Of a DNA stretch of 64,000 nt, positions 1-13,215 are shown in pieces. Positions within the stretch are counted from its first letter, which is position 1. Each line of letters opens with the position of its first letter. Below the pieces are notes generated by a model that saw only the letters and a program-made list of their open reading frames with translations, made no database searches and was not told the origin of the DNA. The translations under genes and the position numbers were made by a program. Source of the DNA: Tubiluchus corallicola (taxonomy: Eukaryota; Animalia; Priapulida); contig JAQGDQ010000295.1 of assembly GCA_030141605.1 (NCBI GenBank), forward strand, positions 226,334 to 290,333. The letters are read 5' to 3'.

Positions 1-272
1 CAAATTGAATGCCATTGTGAGCACTCAGTGTAGATTTAGTTTTTTTAATTATGAAAATGTAGAGAAATTTGCGTATATTATCCATGGCAAAATTTTGGTG
101 AGAAATAATGCACAAATTTGTTTTATAGGAAATTTGCATTGTACCATATTTCAATCAGTAAACTTGGAGCTAAATGAAATGACACTATTTTCTGTCATTA
201 GAAGAGTATTTATTTGTTTCAAGTTGAACATTTTTTACATCAAGTAAATTCTGTGCTTTTATTCTTATCTAG

Positions 273-319
273 GTTTTACAAAGCGGTGGATAATTTCATG
301 AACAGCGATTCAGAAAAAG
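273..319 (+). CDS. DUSP11: DUSP11/PIR1-like RNA 5'-phosphatase, internal exon (FYKAVDNFMNSDSEK)
   Basis: Acceptor ttattcttatctAG and donor AG|GTgtgt; 47 nt, phase 2 to phase 1. Peptide corresponds to the helix before the P-loop (human FKHAVNGFLKEN, from memory) and joins in frame to the next exon. Upstream exons lie outside the window. Confidence 0.75.
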
Positions 320-2609
320 GTGTGTTGTTTCTTTCACAAAGTTGCAATGGTAGTTGTTTAGTGTAGAAAACTAGTAGTGAGAAAAGATGATAATACTGTC
401 ACCCGCACATATGCACAGATAATTAAATTAGATTAGATTAGGTTTTTTGACTAATAGTTACGAATACACGGGGTAAGAACTTAACAATGAGGAAATTAGT
501 CCAACAGGAAGAATGCTCAAATTGATCAGTTAACAATTAAAATAACTTGAAACAGTCAGACACAAAATTAATGACTAACTTAGTGTCCTGGTGAGAGGAA
601 ATACTAAATTTAGAGTCCTTGTTAATATCATTAAAAATGGTCTTTTTCCTGGCAAATGCAGTTTTTTTAACAATGACATAGCATGTGCTTTTCCTCCTGA
701 ACTGCACCATTAGCACCCAGTGCACAGTCACACACGTGTATATATCTTGGTCTCTGCCTCCATCTTCCAGTTTCTACAAGAAGTCTATGAATGGAGAAAA
801 TGTCACTCATATACATTTTTACAGCCGTAATTTGTAATATTCTAAAAACTCTAAATTTGCACTATAGCAAGAAATAACGAAATTATGCCATTTTTATGAT
901 GTGGTGAACTGCAAGATTAATATTTTCCGTACTTAGCCAGAATCCATCCTTGTGGGTTATAACCTGTGAGAGGGTGCTTTTTTCAACTGGTCAGATTAGC
1001 CCTCCATAACAGATCTGCCATTAAAATAATTCAATCAAAAGTTAATATTTTGATATGGAATTATAATGGTGTAGAACATGCCTCTCAATTTTGTTTTTCT
1101 TGCCGCGACTGGCGTCTCTCGGAAAAACCCTGAGCGTGCCCGGTCGTAATTTTTAGAGATCAAGCCAAAATTTTCCTGGTTCACATCAATGTCTTACCTG
1201 GATTTTAATTCAATGTTGTTTTTTTCATCGTTTGCTACTGTTACTGGGGTGGCGGTATTTAATATTAAGTTGTCAACAGTCCTGTGTGTTGTAGGCTGGA
1301 GGTGTAATGTAAGTTTCCATTCTAGATTTGAACCTTCATGTTATTTTGGTATTTTGGCAGATTTGATTTGTGTAAACCTGTGAACAGCATGTCCTACTGC
1401 ATCTGTGCACACTTAAATGAGTCACACATAAACACAATAAAATTGCTTAGTATTCCCATAAACTTACGGAAAGGGGGTAAAAGATTCCCACAGTTTGGCC
1501 TTTTTAGGCAAGTAATTAAATCAGCTTGATTCTTATCTGGGGCTCTCAGACTTGAAGTAATAAAGCATAGCTGCTTTAATAAACCGCCACATTTTTTCTG
1601 TTGTACTGAAGCTGACAGTCTTGCCACAAGATGTACAGTAGCGGCAGGTTTCACAATGTCTCTTCAGTTTTATGCAACACCTATCATGGTTGAATCCTTA
1701 CTTTTACCTGTGCAGATACCTGTTCGTTTAATTTCACACTCGCATCCAGGTATGTAAACGAGACACGTTAACCTGATGCAGGCCAGTTTAAATTAGATTG
1801 GTTTTTAATCCCAAAGCAAACAAAACTCTCCTGCAACTGAAGCTGGTTGGGTCTTCTGTAACTTGTCACATTCTTCGTTGGCTACTCAACTAAACTTTAT
1901 ATTACCTTCACATTCTTTGTACTTCGCTAAAATAACTTTTGGAAAACTTAGCAAAGTGTTTTCTGGAAGTTTGCGGGCATTGCCGTTTATTTGGAGTGGT
2001 TCGTTATCTTTCATTTCTCAAGAGATATCTGCATGGATTATGCAAAATCAAGATTGATGTTTTACCTTGTGCCATCTTAGTTATTTGTTGCTTCGTAAAT
2101 ATTTGCTGGATTCCTGGCATAGTTTGATGCAAGAAAAAACTTTTAAACCTTTCTCTTTATTTTATATGTCTGTTATTTGTTTATTCAGAATTCCATATCG
2201 GACATTTTTTTGTCCAGTCAAGGTAATTAATTCCTGTAGCCTGACCTTTATTGAACAACTGCATCAGCTATTATTATCCATCTAAGAGATTACCAGAGAC
2301 AACATTGTTTAACTGATAGCTGATGCTACCGCATACCCCCCATGCTGATTCATGTCGCAGTCATTTAGTCTATGTCCTTTATTACATTTTTATAAGTTTG
2401 CCAACATTAACAAATTGGGGGTTAACTACCTTTGTTATTCAGATACCTGGTTATGATTTACACAGAAATGAATCTGCTTCACGATCCACTTTGGGTGGTG
2501 ATGATGGTGATCAACCACGATGATATTGATTACTTTTAAATATTGCTGCTGCTGTCCTGTTATGTACATTAATAACATATTTTTTCTACATGAATTTTAA
2601 TGTTTTTAG

Positions 2610-2670
2610 AAGCACTCGTGGGAGTTCATTGTACCCATGGGATCAACCGTACTGGATACCTTATCTGCAG
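2610..2670 (+). CDS. DUSP11: DUSP11/PIR1-like phosphatase, catalytic P-loop exon (EALVGVHCTHGINRTGYLICR)
   Basis: tgtttttAG acceptor, CAG|GTATGT donor; 61 nt, phase 1 to 2. HCTHGxNRTG is the signature of cysteine-based RNA triphosphatases; GY-LICR-Y fits DUSP11 better than RNGTT (HCTHGFNRTGF). Confidence 0.93.
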
Positions 2671-2822
2671 GTATGTGTAACTCACGTTTACTTCAAACCA
2701 CTTCCATTTTCATTGATTTTAAACATTTCGTGAACCTGCAAATATGTTTTACTGTATGAGTTTATAAAAATTTGATGAAAATGTAATCGTTTGTGTGACT
2801 GGGAATGGTAGAATATTATACA

Positions 2823-3154
2823 TGGTGCACACGGTGCAAAATCTGTGTGCAGCAACTTGTTTAACGCAGATTTTTTCGTATGTGTGAACGCTGTTTTACC
2901 AACTTTGTTGCGCCCAGATTTTTAGTAAACATGCTTAATTTTTTATCTCAAACAAATTGGTCTTACTGTCATCTGCGGGCTTGGAACAAAAATTTGTAAA
3001 AAATGGAGCCAGATCAGACCAATAAGAAGCTGTCATTTTATCATTACTCACGATAGATTGCTTCATACAAAATTTGTCGTGTGCGGGCAACTTTCGTCTG
3101 AGATGGTTCGTATCAGACACTTTGTTGCACATAGATTTTTCACTGTATGCAACT
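2823..3154. mobile_element. MITE with ~30-bp imperfect TIRs
   Basis: GGTGCACACGGTGCAAAATCTGTGTGCAGCAA versus TTGTTGCACATAGATTTTTCACTGTATGCAAC. Confidence 0.65.
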
Positions 3155-3829
3155 ATTTTAATAGTTATTTAGAGTTCTAGACCTAGATACTCTGCTGTTA
3201 CTTTTACAATGATGCATAGTATAGCATCACCGGTAGCTGCTAATTTTATACTTTTCAAGATTTAATGTTTTTATCATTTCTGCTCGTAGGACATCTTGAC
3301 CCAGACAAAATCGGAACGTGTAAATTTGCCAGATTTTATTTACTTAGCTCTCATCTGCAGGCACTCGAGCAGTCGCCTCTTTTTTTGGCGTGAAATGATT
3401 TTCTTTTTTTCACTGGTTGGAGATACTGAACGTGCGAAATTATGTTGAAATCATTGGCAAACTGGTTTTTCAAAAAAAACGGTATCCCAGACTTTCTGCT
3501 GTATGAATTGTATTCTGGAGTTACAGGAGGTAGTTTCCCCCATTTAGCAGAAGTGAGACCAAAAGGAATTCCTCTTGCCTATCTCCTTCCCTTTTCTATT
3601 TTGACCTTTTCCATATTGTTTTTATTTTTCATTTCATACTTTCGCAACCATGCAAGTGGTGGTCAAGACACTGTCAGTTCAGTGTCTTATCTTAGAGGAA
3701 TGTTCTTGATAATTCCTGTCCAGCCACAACAACTTACATTAACTAAGCACGACTGCTACATACCAGTCAAGTCTCAGCTTGAAAAGTGCTGTATTGTAAC
3801 GTGAAAAAACAATGTCTTTGAAGAATTAG

Positions 3830-4305
3830 AATTTTTCCGTGGTGCGAGATCTCTAGCAAATTAATTCATGGAAAACTAGTTTTGAAGATGAAAACTACGC
3901 AAATGCTGTAATTTTGGCTAATCTTAAACCTTTATTTACCCGTGAAAAAAATTCTTGTTAAAAGTTGTGCTTATCAATTCAAAATCCTAATAATATAATC
4001 CACGCTTTATTGCCAGATGCATATACTCATAGATGTGGTACTCATTTGAAATACCCCTTACCTAAATGCAGAACACAGAGATTCAAGAGCAGTTTTATCT
4101 CATATGGTTTGTTTAAGTTTAAACTCGTTTTATTTAGTTCATGTATATGTGTAACACTGCTTGTCACTATTTTATTTGCTTATATTTATATTTAATACTG
4201 TGTATTATATATTACAAAAATTGTATTACAAAAATTTTATATTTTGTAATTTCATACTGTGTTGTAATTCAACCTCTTGGTTGTAATGATAAATAGACTT
4301 AAACT
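3830..4305 (+). mobile_element. 3' fragment of a non-LTR retrotransposon
   Basis: ORF text NPNNIIHALLP...YPLPKCRTQRFKSSFI is typical of LINE ORF2 C-termini, followed by an AT-rich UTR. Confidence 0.7.
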
Positions 4306-4905
4306 ATTGTTATTACAAAAATCTTACAAATTGAAAAATTCTTCTTTGTGATTAGTATCCCTATATACAGAAGATGTGAATGCAAGGTGTAATGAAGTAA
4401 CAAAACTTTTCAGGCTTTCTAATTTATTTGATGTTTCTGAATTTTATTTTATTTTTTATTAAGAACTACATAAGTTGCTTTGGTGCAGAAGTGTTTTGAG
4501 CATAGTGATTTCATAATATTGAAACTTTAACCATATTATTAATCAGTTTATATTATGTTAAAAAACTATTGATCTTGAAGCAATGTATGATCATAGAGGA
4601 GCTTGTAGTAAATACTTAATCAAGCGTATAAAAAATAACGATATCCAAATCTTCGTTATTTTGATCATCGTGGCTATCATCAATTTATATTGCCCAAAGT
4701 TAGAACATCCATATGTAAAGGTACATTTATACCAAAGGCAACTTTTGTTTTAAGCTGACGTAGTTTCTATGCTATTTTTATATGGACCCCATCGTTTTCG
4801 TTAAGATTTTAAATAAATTTTTTATTTTATTTTATACCGTATTTGTAATTGTAAAAACTACATGTCCTTTGTGCTGTAGATTTGAATAAACTAATTAATT
4901 GATTA

Positions 4906-5215
4906 ATTATATTATATTATATTATATTATATTATATTATATTATATTATATTATATTATATTATATTATATTATATTATATTATATTATATTATATTAT
5001 ATTATATTATATTATAATATAATATAATATAATATAATATAATATAATATAATATTATATTATATTATATTATATTATATTATATTATATTATATTATAT
5101 TATATTATATTATATTATATTATATTATATTATATTATATTATATTATATTATATTATATTATATTATATTATATTATTATGTGATGTCATATCATATCA
5201 TATCATATCATATAT
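4906..5215. repeat. (ATATT)n pentamer array with an internal inverted block and (ATATC)n end
   Basis: Directly visible; (ATAAT)n block at ~5014-5053. Confidence 0.97.
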
Positions 5216-6490
5216 TATACTAGCAATTATATTAATATTATGTTTTAAAGAAAAGATATTTTAATGCAGTAAACTGAAATAAGACACTTATGGCAGACAA
5301 AACATTAAAATTTTCCCTAGCATACTATTTTACTATTAAGTGTCTTTTACTTACCAAATTTTTTTATTTTATGCATCCATCATTTTAAAAAGTTCATTTA
5401 ACAATTGTAGATTGTGTTTAAACTTGCCCTACATTGTATCAATTTATTAGGGCAGTGTTAACAATGGTTTAGATATGATTATTTTCTTTTTAACACAAAA
5501 GACATTAAAAATTACAACCATGCAATCCACTCTGGCATTAGTAATTATTAGCAGTCAGTCAAGTCAAGTAATTGTTAACTAGTCAATAGTTAACAATTGC
5601 TTTAAATGTCAATTTAGTTTTGACATCATTTGTATTAAAAACTAAATTGATTTGTACAAAGCATTGTTCGTATTGGTGATTGTTATATTTTATGTATATC
5701 AGCTGTCGGTATGACCTTTTTTCAATAACTATATTGTAAAGTTGACCCTCTGCTGTAGTCGTGTTGTAAAATCATTCAGGTTTTTAAGTCGCTGTCATTA
5801 CCATCATTAAAAACCAGTTAAGAAAGTCTAACTGAATGAGAAAGCAAAAAATATAGCTCTTTGGAAGGAGAAGGCGGCGCTTTTCATAGCGATTAGCACC
5901 ACATTTGCCGTTTTTAAGCTAATTGAATAGATGTCTACGTGGGCGGATCGAAGAGCAAATGTAGGGCGTGTCTAATGCACAAAAAGTTGTAGGAGTAAAG
6001 AAGAGAAAGCTGATTTGTGTTATTTCTCAGTCAGTGTTTTTTGTTTGCTTAAGTTGTTTGTCAACTTATTTAGATTTATGTATCTATTATAACTATAATG
6101 GAGAAACATCCACTTTTACAATACAAGTTACAATATAAGTTCATTCATCACCAAAAGGTTGAATTATAGCACAGCATAAAACTACAAAATATGAAAATTT
6201 AAAAGAATAAACAAGATAGAACATACTACACTGCTACAAGATGCATGAACGATATAAATTAAAATGAATTCAAACTTGGGTTTGGAAATTACTTTACTTA
6301 TCCAACTTAGATAGTTTTTGAGAACTTTGTTATTCATGTCAATCAAAATTTATTTTCGATAAACATGTCGGTTAGCTTTATTTATTGGTAGATGTTAATA
6401 TTAGAGAAGCCTTACACTTAGTTTTATTTACCTGTTTTAACTTAGTTAGTTTTTGAGAAATGTGTTTATATGTCGGAATTTATTTTCACA

Positions 6491-6672
6491 GCTAAAGTTT
6501 ACAATTCCTCCACACACAAGAAATTAGTTTGTGAAGCAGATTAGGGTTAGAGTTAGGGTTAGGATTAGGGTCAGTGTTATGGTTAGGGTCGGAGTTAGGT
6601 TTAGGGTGAGTGTCAGGGTTAGGGTTAGGGATAGGGTATTGAAATTATGTGGGGAATTGTAAACTCCTTCCC
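6491..6672 (+). mobile_element. Short non-autonomous element with subterminal inverted repeats and a degenerate (TTAGGG)n core
   Basis: GTTTACAATTCC...GGAATTGTAAAC flanking telomere-like repeats; TTTTCACA on both sides; inverted second copy at ~24098-24244. Confidence 0.75.
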
Positions 6673-8099
6673 TTTTCACAAATGTTTTATTTATCTGCTG
6701 AAGCTATCTGTTGTATTGCCATTTCAGATCACCCCAGCCACACAGCATTAATATATGTAATTGAAATTAAGCTACAGTCTTAAATTGTTACATAAATGCA
6801 CAAGTCGGCTGTTGTTTAAATGTCTGTATGTTGGCTAAAAAAATCTTGAGATCTTGTTAGTATTAAGTAGTGTTTTTCTGTAAAAGTAGTTCAGAAATAC
6901 AAGTTAAGTGTTACTACTACATTAAACCGGCTAGGTACAACTAAATGCCTATTCCAGTTTGCGCATCGGTATAGTTAGACATGTTGGTTACAGCTAGAAC
7001 TTGGAAAGGTGACCAGCATTATATGATTGCCATTTTTATTTTAACATTATTCTTAATAAAGTTCCACAACTCTGTTTTTGCTCAATTTATTCCACAGTTG
7101 AGAGAAGAACTTATGCATAACTCAAGAATTGAAATTCTTAATTGATAAGCTTTTGTCTCAGTTTATTTTATGCCACAAAGAGGATTACATTGTTTAAAGA
7201 TCTGCTGTCATTTTATGTTGACAACCATCTAACAAAATGTTTTATAAAGTTCTATTCACATCTGATGTTTTGCTCCTGACCTATCAGGTTAGTGTGAACC
7301 TGGCTTAATGCAGTGTAACTGTTCATCTACGAACCCTGTTCATTCAATTTGTGTGATATGCACAGACAGCAAAATGTGCATTATGTATTCGTTCTGAACA
7401 TGCGCAACAGTCTCTGCTAGTAAGGTTTGAGCATTCTATTGTCACATTCCTGGAGTTCAAAGGCCATGCAAATTATAAGTAAATTACAGAATAAAAATGT
7501 CAGCCAAATTCACTTCTGCATTGTCTGCATCTTGGGTGGCCATTTTTATACCCTATTTAATTCTTCCCATTTTTATTGAAAAATTATTTGTTTATCCCAG
7601 CAAATAACTGTAACTCTTTCTTCTATTTAAATGGTAGACACTCTTATTAGTCTGACCCATTATTCTCCGAGTGGATGCCTCCGGGGGACTACCTTTGTTG
7701 ACTGGTTTTATAATTATTGGATTTAGATTGTGTTTGTGTTTTGGTCGTAAATTTTATTGAAATGAAATCCATCCACTAAATTTTGCAAGCAAAACGACAT
7801 TTTTCATTTGATGTTTCATTTGTCAGGAAATTTTGACTGGAGTTTACTCAGACAGTTATAACTTGTCAGAATAATTTTTATATGAACGTAGACCAGTATT
7901 TGCCTTACTTTGTAAATGTAAAATTTATCTTGATTTTTATTGCTTTAAAATGTCCACATAAATACTTTCAAGTTTGAATAGACAATTAACCAACAACGTA
8001 GATAACATATTTTACTGTCTATTAAGATACAGTGTATATATAGAAACACCGAAGAAAATTTTTTTGAAGAGTGATTTTTGTTCAATTTTGCAGCCTTTA

Positions 8100-8283
8100 G
8101 TGGCATTTACCAGATATCCGGAATGAGCTATGCGTTCTTGAATATCCAGCTGTGTGTAAAAAATCAACAGGAATAGCTGCAGAAAAATAACGCAATAACG
8201 CGGGTCTGACAAACGGGATCGATGAAAACAATACAAAGTGATTTTTGTGCAATAACGCGTTCCAGACATCTGGTAAACGCCGC
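8100..8283. mobile_element. PIF/Harbinger-like MITE
   Basis: Imperfect ~30-bp TIRs GTGGCATTTACCAGATATCCGGAA / TTCCAGACATCTGGTAAACGCCGC with a TTA duplication on both sides (8097-8099, 8284-8286). Confidence 0.75.
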
Positions 8284-8461
8284 TTAATTCTAAATTGCTG
8301 CCTCGTGCCCCATGTCCAATTTCAAAGAAACGTATCTTCTGGAATTAATAACCTGATCATTCCTTCTCGTAGTTTCCACTTACTGTCGACTTTTTAAAAA
8401 ATGTGATATCGTCTGACTATTCTTAATTGAATTACTACACCATTCATTTTGGTTATTAAAG

Positions 8462-8508
8462 GTACATGATCGAAAAGATGAATTTCTCTGCTGCTGAGGC
8501 TCTTAAAG
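8462..8508 (+). CDS. DUSP11: DUSP11/PIR1-like phosphatase, internal exon (YMIEKMNFSAAEALK)
   Basis: AAG acceptor, AAG|GTAAGA donor; 47 nt, phase 2 to 1. Fills the expected YLID...P.DAIE segment between the flanking exons exactly in frame. Confidence 0.88.
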
Positions 8509-8710
8509 GTAAGACAATTTTAATTGCATGACGAATTGCAAAAAATGTAACAATGGCAACAGTTTTAGTATTTGTATTTTTTACTTTTTGGGGGAAATAT
8601 GGCTCCAAACAGTGTAGTAGAGTAAATGACAAAAAAAAAACCATAAAAAAGCATGCTGATTAGAAACGTTTGACAAGAAGTTATCATATTTATTACTTCG
8701 ATGATAATTA

Positions 8711-9227
8711 CCGTATTTTCCCATGTATAAGAGACCCTTGTGTATAAGAGACCCCTTCAATTTTTAGGCAAAAATTCTGGAAAAAAGTTTTTTGGTAATG
8801 AATAACTTTATTCATCATAGAAATCATTAAATTCCTCATCACTCTCATCAAAAATATCAACTGGAGTCAGACCTTCAGCAATTCCAGCCAGTTCATCATC
8901 AGAGGAGTCACTCTGCTCAAAAATGGCATTGTCCTCTGTGCCGTCCATGGCATTGGAGATGCCACACTTCTTGAAAGATTTAATAATGACCTCTGGCTTT
9001 ACACCATTCCATGCCTTGAGGACCCAGCTGCAGGCTTCTCCAATGGTTGGCTTTCTTACCTTGCCAGTTGATGTCAGATTGGAGTCGGCATCTTGCATCC
9101 ACTTCGTCCACTCCTCTCACAATTTATGCATCTTATTGAAAAGCTTACTCCCATGTATAAGAGACCCCCTATTTTTAAAGTGAAAATTCTGAGCAAAAAA
9201 GGGTCTCTTATACACGGGAAAATACGG
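8711..9227 (-). mobile_element. Internally deleted pogo-family (Tc1/mariner superfamily) DNA transposon carrying the transposase C-terminus
   Basis: TIRs CCGTATTTTCCCATGTATAAGAGACCC / GGGTCTCTTATACACGGGAAAATACGG, TA duplications at 8709-8710 and 9228-9229, repeated subterminal TGTATAAGAGACCC. ORF 8808-9098 has W..KAW..V....I.KSFKKCGISNAMDGTED plus an acidic tail. Confidence 0.92.
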
Positions 9228-11249
9228 TATATCAAGAATCTAGACATGAGCATGATAGAGAAACTAATATAACCTGAAATATTTTTCATCTCTCTGAAAT
9301 ATCTAAGTTTGTAGTTGGTAAAAAATTGTAATTCTGGTAGAGTTCCATGGAGAAGCAGCTTTGGAAAAAAGCTGGACAGTAAGAGCCAGTTTTTCGCCTA
9401 AACTTTTTTAAATATTTGTTTTTGTATCGGGCCTATAATTGTGTGCATTTAGTTTTTATTGCCATAATTATAATTACAAAACTTTTATAACATTAGATTA
9501 TTTGTTTCTTTTTGTGAAAGTGGCTAATTATGGCCTAATAATGTGAAATGCCAAGAGGACCATGGCCTTTGTGCCATAACTTCAAATGACCCATTTTTAA
9601 AGTTTTTTTGGATTTCACCTCACCATGGTACTTTCGAGTTTCTTAACACTTGTAGTTTGTGTTTACCGACTAATTGACTAACTGACTTGAACCACCCACT
9701 TCAGGTCACAGTCTGCCCAGCTAAAATCTACCTGCCCCTTTTGGCACTACAAGTTACCCAAGTTTGACTGATTAACTCTACAGTTTTTTAGTTTTAATTG
9801 ACCTTTGACCTTGAACTACTCGTTTGACATTGCCAACTACTCAATTACTCTGTTCACAGTTGACACTATAAGTAGTCCAAGTTTGGTTACCCAACCCTGC
9901 AGGCCTTTTAACTGAAAATGACTTGTACTCTTGAACAAGCTTGTGCCTAAACGTGACGGAAAACTCGTTCAAAGTCACAAATTGCTTCATTAAAATCTGC
10001 CCTCCTCTGACCTTAGCATCCAACATTTAGTTGACTGATTTGAAAAAAATTTATTTCACCTGCATGTAGTTATTACTGTATTTGGTTTCAAACTTATTGT
10101 TATATTTTTACTTCACTCCTTTGCATAAACTGGAACAACAGCCTGACGCATAATATGGGTCAGGGTTCAAATCCCAATCATTATTTTTTAATTTTCTCAG
10201 TACTACAATTATGTTCGCAGTACCTTTTTGTGAGATGTACTGATTGCAAAAAATTATAATCCTTTTTTGCTGCCTTGGTTTCGATGGAGATTTTTAACTA
10301 AGAACAAACCAAGTGTCCATACGTTTTTACTCTTTACCAAAGTAAGTGATTTGGGGTTTCGTCTTGATTCTTCGACTGTTTTTGATTAAAGCTGAAGCAA
10401 AAGTTATATGTTTTGTAGCCAAACTGGACATATAGTCTTACTCCAGATTTTTAAAATTGTCATTCGCAATACTTTAACTAAATATAAAAAATGAACATTC
10501 AGTCCCTTACTCTAGAGTTGGGACAAACTGGATAGTCTGATCATTCCTTCTGCTTTTAGTCGGTGTTGTAATAAATGGGGCCTTCTGGACCTTTGTTCTT
10601 TAAAAATTTATTTGGTGTAAAACAGACTCTTCCACTCCCTGCAATGTGCAGCTCTGAGTTAAAATTTATCTGTTTTTTTGCATTCTGTCTCATTTTTAGG
10701 AAGATTAAAATATTCTGACTTTTCTCTCGCTTTAGTCAAAGTTGGTGTAAAATAGAACATAAAAAGAATAATACATAACAATAACAAAAGGCAAGTAATA
10801 TATATATGGAGTTGACACTAGTTGTGAAGTTTTTACGACATCGTAATATACATCTGGCATTTGAGTTAAATCATATAAGAGTTTATGGCCTAAATGTCAA
10901 AACAAACTATGTCGTACCATTTGCGAACTTCCGCTGAAACTTTGCGCTCAGTAGCAACAAGCGGTCAGAGACATTGCAGTGAATTCGCCGCTACATTGTA
11001 ATTACAGACTCGCTCCTTTTCAGAACTCAGCCATTGTCTTACTCAGCTGTCTAATTGCAGTTTAATGGGAGATGTACTGGCAGTGGGTGGGTGGTGAGCG
11101 GAGGGAGGAGCACAGCGTGCGTAATATACGTACATGGTTGAAATTCCTACTACATTTTTGCATTAAGTTTAGCAGTAATTTCCTTCCGCCTGTGTAGTGT
11201 AAGTGCAAATTCCAATTTGCCCCATTTAGAAATTCAATTCGCCTTGCAT

Positions 11250-11520
11250 TTCAGCATTAAAATTGCTATATCAAACACTAAAAAACACTAAAAAAAATAA
11301 ATTACCACACATACACAAATTTAGAAAAGTACTAACTCTACTAATTACACCCAACAAGAACAAAAAATATCAACAGCTACCTACACCAAATGAGAAGGAC
11401 GTCCATAAACAAAAAATTTTGAAGTACATCAGGGTCATTAGCAATATTTGCCATCAGAGAATTGCCAGATTGCACAATTCTGGTAAACAGACTATAGTAA
11501 ACTTATATGCATAAAATGCA
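11250..11520 (-). mobile_element. Decayed CR1-like LINE 3' end
   Basis: Minus strand reads ...TRIVQSGNSL..., resembling RIVxxWNSL, followed by a T-rich UTR. Confidence 0.35.
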
Positions 11521-12505
11521 TATAATGTGGAAGAGATAAATCTACACATCTGACATGTGTTGCAAGCATATTTAAGAGTTTCCGTATATTATTGTTGTAT
11601 GACACCCTGTAGTTTCTCTGCAACACATTTGTCAAATTTAACCCACAAAGTGGTAACCCAGTTTAGTTGTTTGCTTCTCTTGTAAAATTTGAGGGGTATG
11701 TGCTTCGACTGTATTATACTGAAATAAACTTTAAACAAAATTATACTGAAGTGGTAAAAAATGTTCTCGCAAAACTAAGGAAAAACATATTCGTTGAAGC
11801 AGTGAATGTGATTGTTACAGTTTTGCCTTTCAGTTTCGTTGCTGTTCATTGGGTAAAATAAGTAAAAGACTGTGTTCTGAGAATCCTGTAAGAAGTTTTG
11901 TAAACTACGCTTTTAAAAGTTGTTCTATGGTACTGTGGTACTATGGTCTGTTTCCTTGTTTGTAATTTTCCATTTCTACTAGTTTCATATTGGTCACTTA
12001 CTCGTCAAGCGTTAGCAGCAAAATATTTTTGGATAATGTACCTAAATACGTTTAAAAAGCGCAATTCATTGTGAATTAGCAAAAATGATTTTCCCTTAGT
12101 CTTCCCGTTTTTTCTGCGATGTGCAGTTATTTCTATGTTGGGGGAGGGATCACTGAAAGCAGGTCTAATGACTTTTGGGAGTGAATCCGAATGTAAGAAC
12201 AGCAAATTAGTACACTTACCGGTATGTAGTTGCAGAATAACAGCAACGGCATTCTCTGCTCTTACTTACCTATTGAAATATTTTCATCTCCTTTTTTTCG
12301 TTTGCATTAATGTGCAATTTTTATTATTAATGTGTAATTTTTATTTGTTTAATTTTATTTAATTGAAATTATCTATTTGATGTACTAACCATGCTTGGAC
12401 CGTCATGGAAATATTGTATTATATGCAAGTTTGATGCACATCCATGTAAAAAATAAATTACTATTCTATTCTATTGTACATCGCACGTATGGAGTTACTA
12501 CTGCA

Positions 12506-13215
12506 TATCAGGTGGCGCAAGACCGTGCCAAAGTTCTGATTACAATATTATAAGAAGAAAATAATGGAATAGTTTGAAAATTGTCACACTGATATTACAG
12601 ACGCATTCCCTTGGATTTTTCCAAAGATACTTTAGCTTTAAAACAACATGTCAAGAAAGTAAGTGCCTTCAAAAAAACTTGCGTGTCACTATTGTTAAAG
12701 TTCAAAGTTGTGCATCCACCATTTTCACTGCAAACTAGACGAAGGCATTTCTTCCAATCGCTGACACAGTTTCTTACTTCTTTAATGGGTGTTTGACTGT
12801 TTAGTCTCAGTCCTCAACAATTTTTGTTGTTAGTTCCTTTACATCAAAGCCAAACCTCTCTGTAGAGCCGTAGCATACTTTCACTGGGAATTCCAGGTAC
12901 TGTAGTAGTTCATATAGGATTAAGTTCAATTTTTTGGATAATGGAAAAAGGTTGATTTCTTTATGTATTAAGTGCTTAAATATGTCGCTTGTTTTTCAGT
13001 TGATTATTAGCTCCGTTGTCCCGTCATTTTAATATTTAACATGCAAATGTTTTTCGGCCATAGCTTAAAAACTACTGAAACTATAAACTTGTAACTTTCA
13101 CAACAAGAAAAACAATGAATTGTAGTATCATGCTGTAAAATTTGAACATCGTAGAGCACTTGCTACTACAGTTATTGCAGTCTAAACCCGGCACGTTTAT
13201 TTGCGCCACCCGATA
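12506..13215. mobile_element. Non-autonomous Tc1/mariner-like element (~710 bp)
   Basis: TIRs TATCAGGTGGCGCAA / TTGCGCCACCCGATA in TA context; a second partial copy lies at ~54610-54895. Confidence 0.75.

Noticed and set aside
500-2300. Possible decayed transposase on the minus strand
   Set aside because: Coding-like texture but no motif I can name.
2610-2670. mRNA capping enzyme RNGTT
   Set aside because: GYLICRY and RGYPIEREKYIEDL fit DUSP11/PIR1 better, and no guanylyltransferase exons were recognised.
6540-6640. Interstitial telomere or fusion scar
   Set aside because: Degenerate repeats lie inside a short interspersed element with a second copy in the window.
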